From Trypanosoma brucei (lineage: Eukaryota), in contig CP000070.1 of NCBI GenBank assembly GCA_000002445.1, positions 352,001 through 416,000 of the forward strand: 64,000 nt of DNA, in the 5' to 3' direction. Both the position numbers and the translations under genes were made by a program. This document shows, piece after piece, positions 62,453 to 64,000 of this stretch (position 1 is its first letter; every line of letters begins with the position of its first letter). Below the pieces are notes generated by a model, which was not told the origin of the DNA, ran no database searches, and worked only from the letters and a program-made list of their open reading frames with translations.

Positions 62453-64000
62453 ATGGGGGGTAGAAACACGGGGGATGTTTCACTCTCGCAACTTAGTGAA
62501 GTAAGTGCAAAGGCAGAGGCATTAAGGGAGAATCTACGGAAGGCTCTGATCGACCACGCGCCAAGGTTTGAGGTGTGCGTCTTTGAATCCCTCATGTGTC
62601 TTCTTGACAACTTCTTGCAACCTCCTGCTTCTGATAACTTTTCTCACTCAGTTCGAGAGGATACAAACTATCTCATCGAACGGTATTACTTGCAAGAGGT
62701 CTTTGCAGCACTGTTACTACTTGTTGGTGAAGATGACTTGGATGGTGTGGAGGTGGCTGTTGGGAGTGCCCCCCATCGAGTGGCATCGGAAGTACCACAG
62801 TCTGCATTCTACGTTGACATTCACACAAGACGCTACTGTCGTGAACTGCTGCTTTACCTCTGCTTCTCGCGTGTGCATAAAAAGCGGCGCGTCGTACGTG
62901 CACTTTACCCGCTTCTTCTTAATGGCAGTACGAAGCAGAGTGGAGAAGTATCGCAAAATCACATTAGTGAAGGACTCTTTGCTTCCTCCAGGTTTAAATC
63001 GAGGAAGAAACTGGTTTCCGGCATACTTAACGGCATTGTACTCTCATTCCCCGATGGGATTAGGTCTGTAATTGACGTGTTACTACTCGATGACCGCGTG
63101 GACGACTCCATGAGCGTACATGCAGCTAAGCATATCGCGAGCCTCTTCACCATCAAACTGGACCATGCGTGGTTGTGTGGAGACCATTGGAAATCTGAGA
63201 AAGAGGAACAACAGGAAAATGAGCAGATTGTTACTGTTAGGTATTGCAAGAATATTTCACTGGAGGAGCAGATTCGCGCTCTTTCGTCGCAGTTGGTGGC
63301 GATTGCCGTCTGCCACGCTGCTGCGCCTTTGTTGGCTAAGGAAAAGGTGGCTCTCCCTGCTTTTTTACAGGGAAAGCAAAAACTGGAGAGGAACCTACTG
63401 GTGAAGCCCGAAACCCTGGAGGAACGTCTCCACATTTGCCTTGCGACAATACTGAACACCGTGTCGCAGTTACCGCTTCGCAGCGAGGACGAAACCTATT
63501 TTAAGCGTTGCTACAAGCGTTTTTATCTTTATAACAAGTATTTCTTTACCCCGGCTTTTCGCGCTCTCACTCTGCGCACCTCCGTGAATGCACCAAATAT
63601 TCCCGCCGCAAACACATCTGCGGTGGTCACTTGCGAGGGAACTTCTGGTAGTGGTGGCATTCCATCGAATGGTGCTGATGAGGTCGTAAAGGCTCTTAGT
63701 CGTTTTTGTGCGCTTGCTAAGGGCTCCACCCTCGGGCCTTCGTCTCTTGCGTTGCTTCTTGCCCTCCCTCCCGTTGCTCCCGGGCTGTTGGAGCTCGTGT
63801 TCGTTCAAGATTCGCTGCCGCCGCCGCATCGGTTCGCTCTGCAGCAGCTGCTGTCGGCTCTGTGGAAGGTTGAGGGGAAGTATGAAGAGATGGCACACAT
63901 ATTCGTGCGTGGTGCTCTGAGCCCTGTTCGTGGCTCCGTAACTATCGATCGAGTGTCCGGGTTTGTTGGTGTGGATCTGCGTACCGCTTCCCCCACTGTG
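62453..64000 (+). CDS. hypothetical protein, 5' portion of at least 516 aa, continuing beyond the window end
   Basis: ATG at 62453 opens a frame with no stop through base 64000 (MGGRNTGDVSLSQLSEVSAKAEALRENLRKALIDHAP...). It is missed by the ORF track because there is no stop in the window. The track's 62568..63071 ORF is in a different frame and has implausible composition. Confidence 0.5.
   Translation, partial: MGGRNTGDVSLSQLSEVSAKAEALRENLRKALIDHAPRFEVCVFESLMCLLDNFLQPPASDNFSHSVREDTNYLIERYYLQEVFAALLLLVGEDDLDGVEVAVGSAPHRVASEVPQSAFYVDIHTRRYCRELLLYLCFSRVHKKRRVVRALYPLLLNGSTKQSGEVSQNHISEGLFASSRFKSRKKLVSGILNGIVLSFPDGIRSVIDVLLLDDRVDDSMSVHAAKHIASLFTIKLDHAWLCGDHWKSEKEEQQENEQIVTVRYCKNISLEEQIRALSSQLVAIAVCHAAAPLLAKEKVALPAFLQGKQKLERNLLVKPETLEERLHICLATILNTVSQLPLRSEDETYFKRCYKRFYLYNKYFFTPAFRALTLRTSVNAPNIPAANTSAVVTCEGTSGSGGIPSNGADEVVKALSRFCALAKGSTLGPSSLALLLALPPVAPGLLELVFVQDSLPPPHRFALQQLLSALWKVEGKYEEMAHIFVRGALSPVRGSVTIDRVSGFVGVDLRTASPTV

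Noticed and set aside
62568-63071. 167-aa + strand ORF from the ORF track
   Set aside because: It is out of frame with a much longer open frame starting at 62453 that runs to the window end, and its composition is implausible (Cys/Leu/Thr-rich, no motif). The 62453 frame is the likely gene.

Overview
Eukaryotic, not prokaryotic. The architecture is kinetoplastid (Trypanosoma brucei-group). Every convincing ORF, about 30 of them, lies on the + strand and none has introns, so the window is an internal slice of one polycistronic transcription unit. Genes are separated by 0.3-1.7 kb spacers rich in polypyrimidine tracts and (TA)n/(CA)n/(GT)n microsatellites. I saw no strand-switch region, tRNA, rRNA, CRISPR array or mobile element. 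Several products are recognisable from sequence motifs alone: mitochondrial RNA-editing TUTase RET2 with catalytic Asp at residues 97 and 99; a second Cid1-family nucleotidyltransferase; a GPN-loop GTPase; an importin-beta family protein; ATP synthase subunit c; a Cfd1/Mrp-type Fe-S ATPase; a TruA pseudouridine synthase; an AlkB-like 2OG dioxygenase; an SNase-like protein; a TPR protein; a cyclin; the bifunctional FolD enzyme; an ankyrin-PFK2/FBPase2 fusion; CFIm25; a mitochondrial Der/EngA double GTPase; an RRM+RS protein; and an RNI-type LRR protein. The product order matches, from my memory only and not verified, T. brucei chromosome 7 around Tb927.7.14xx-16xx. I do not see evidence for a previously undescribed multi-gene system. 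The most second-look-worthy items are: the ankyrin-PFK2/FBPase2 protein, in which key kinase residues (Walker A Thr, 'FDATN' Asp) and the phospho-acceptor His of FBPase-2 are all substituted, a probable pseudoenzyme; an unannotated-looking small Cys-rich ORF; several large kinetoplastid-type orphan proteins; and long AU-rich spacers around the cyclin gene. All calls are from reading the sequence; no database searches were run.
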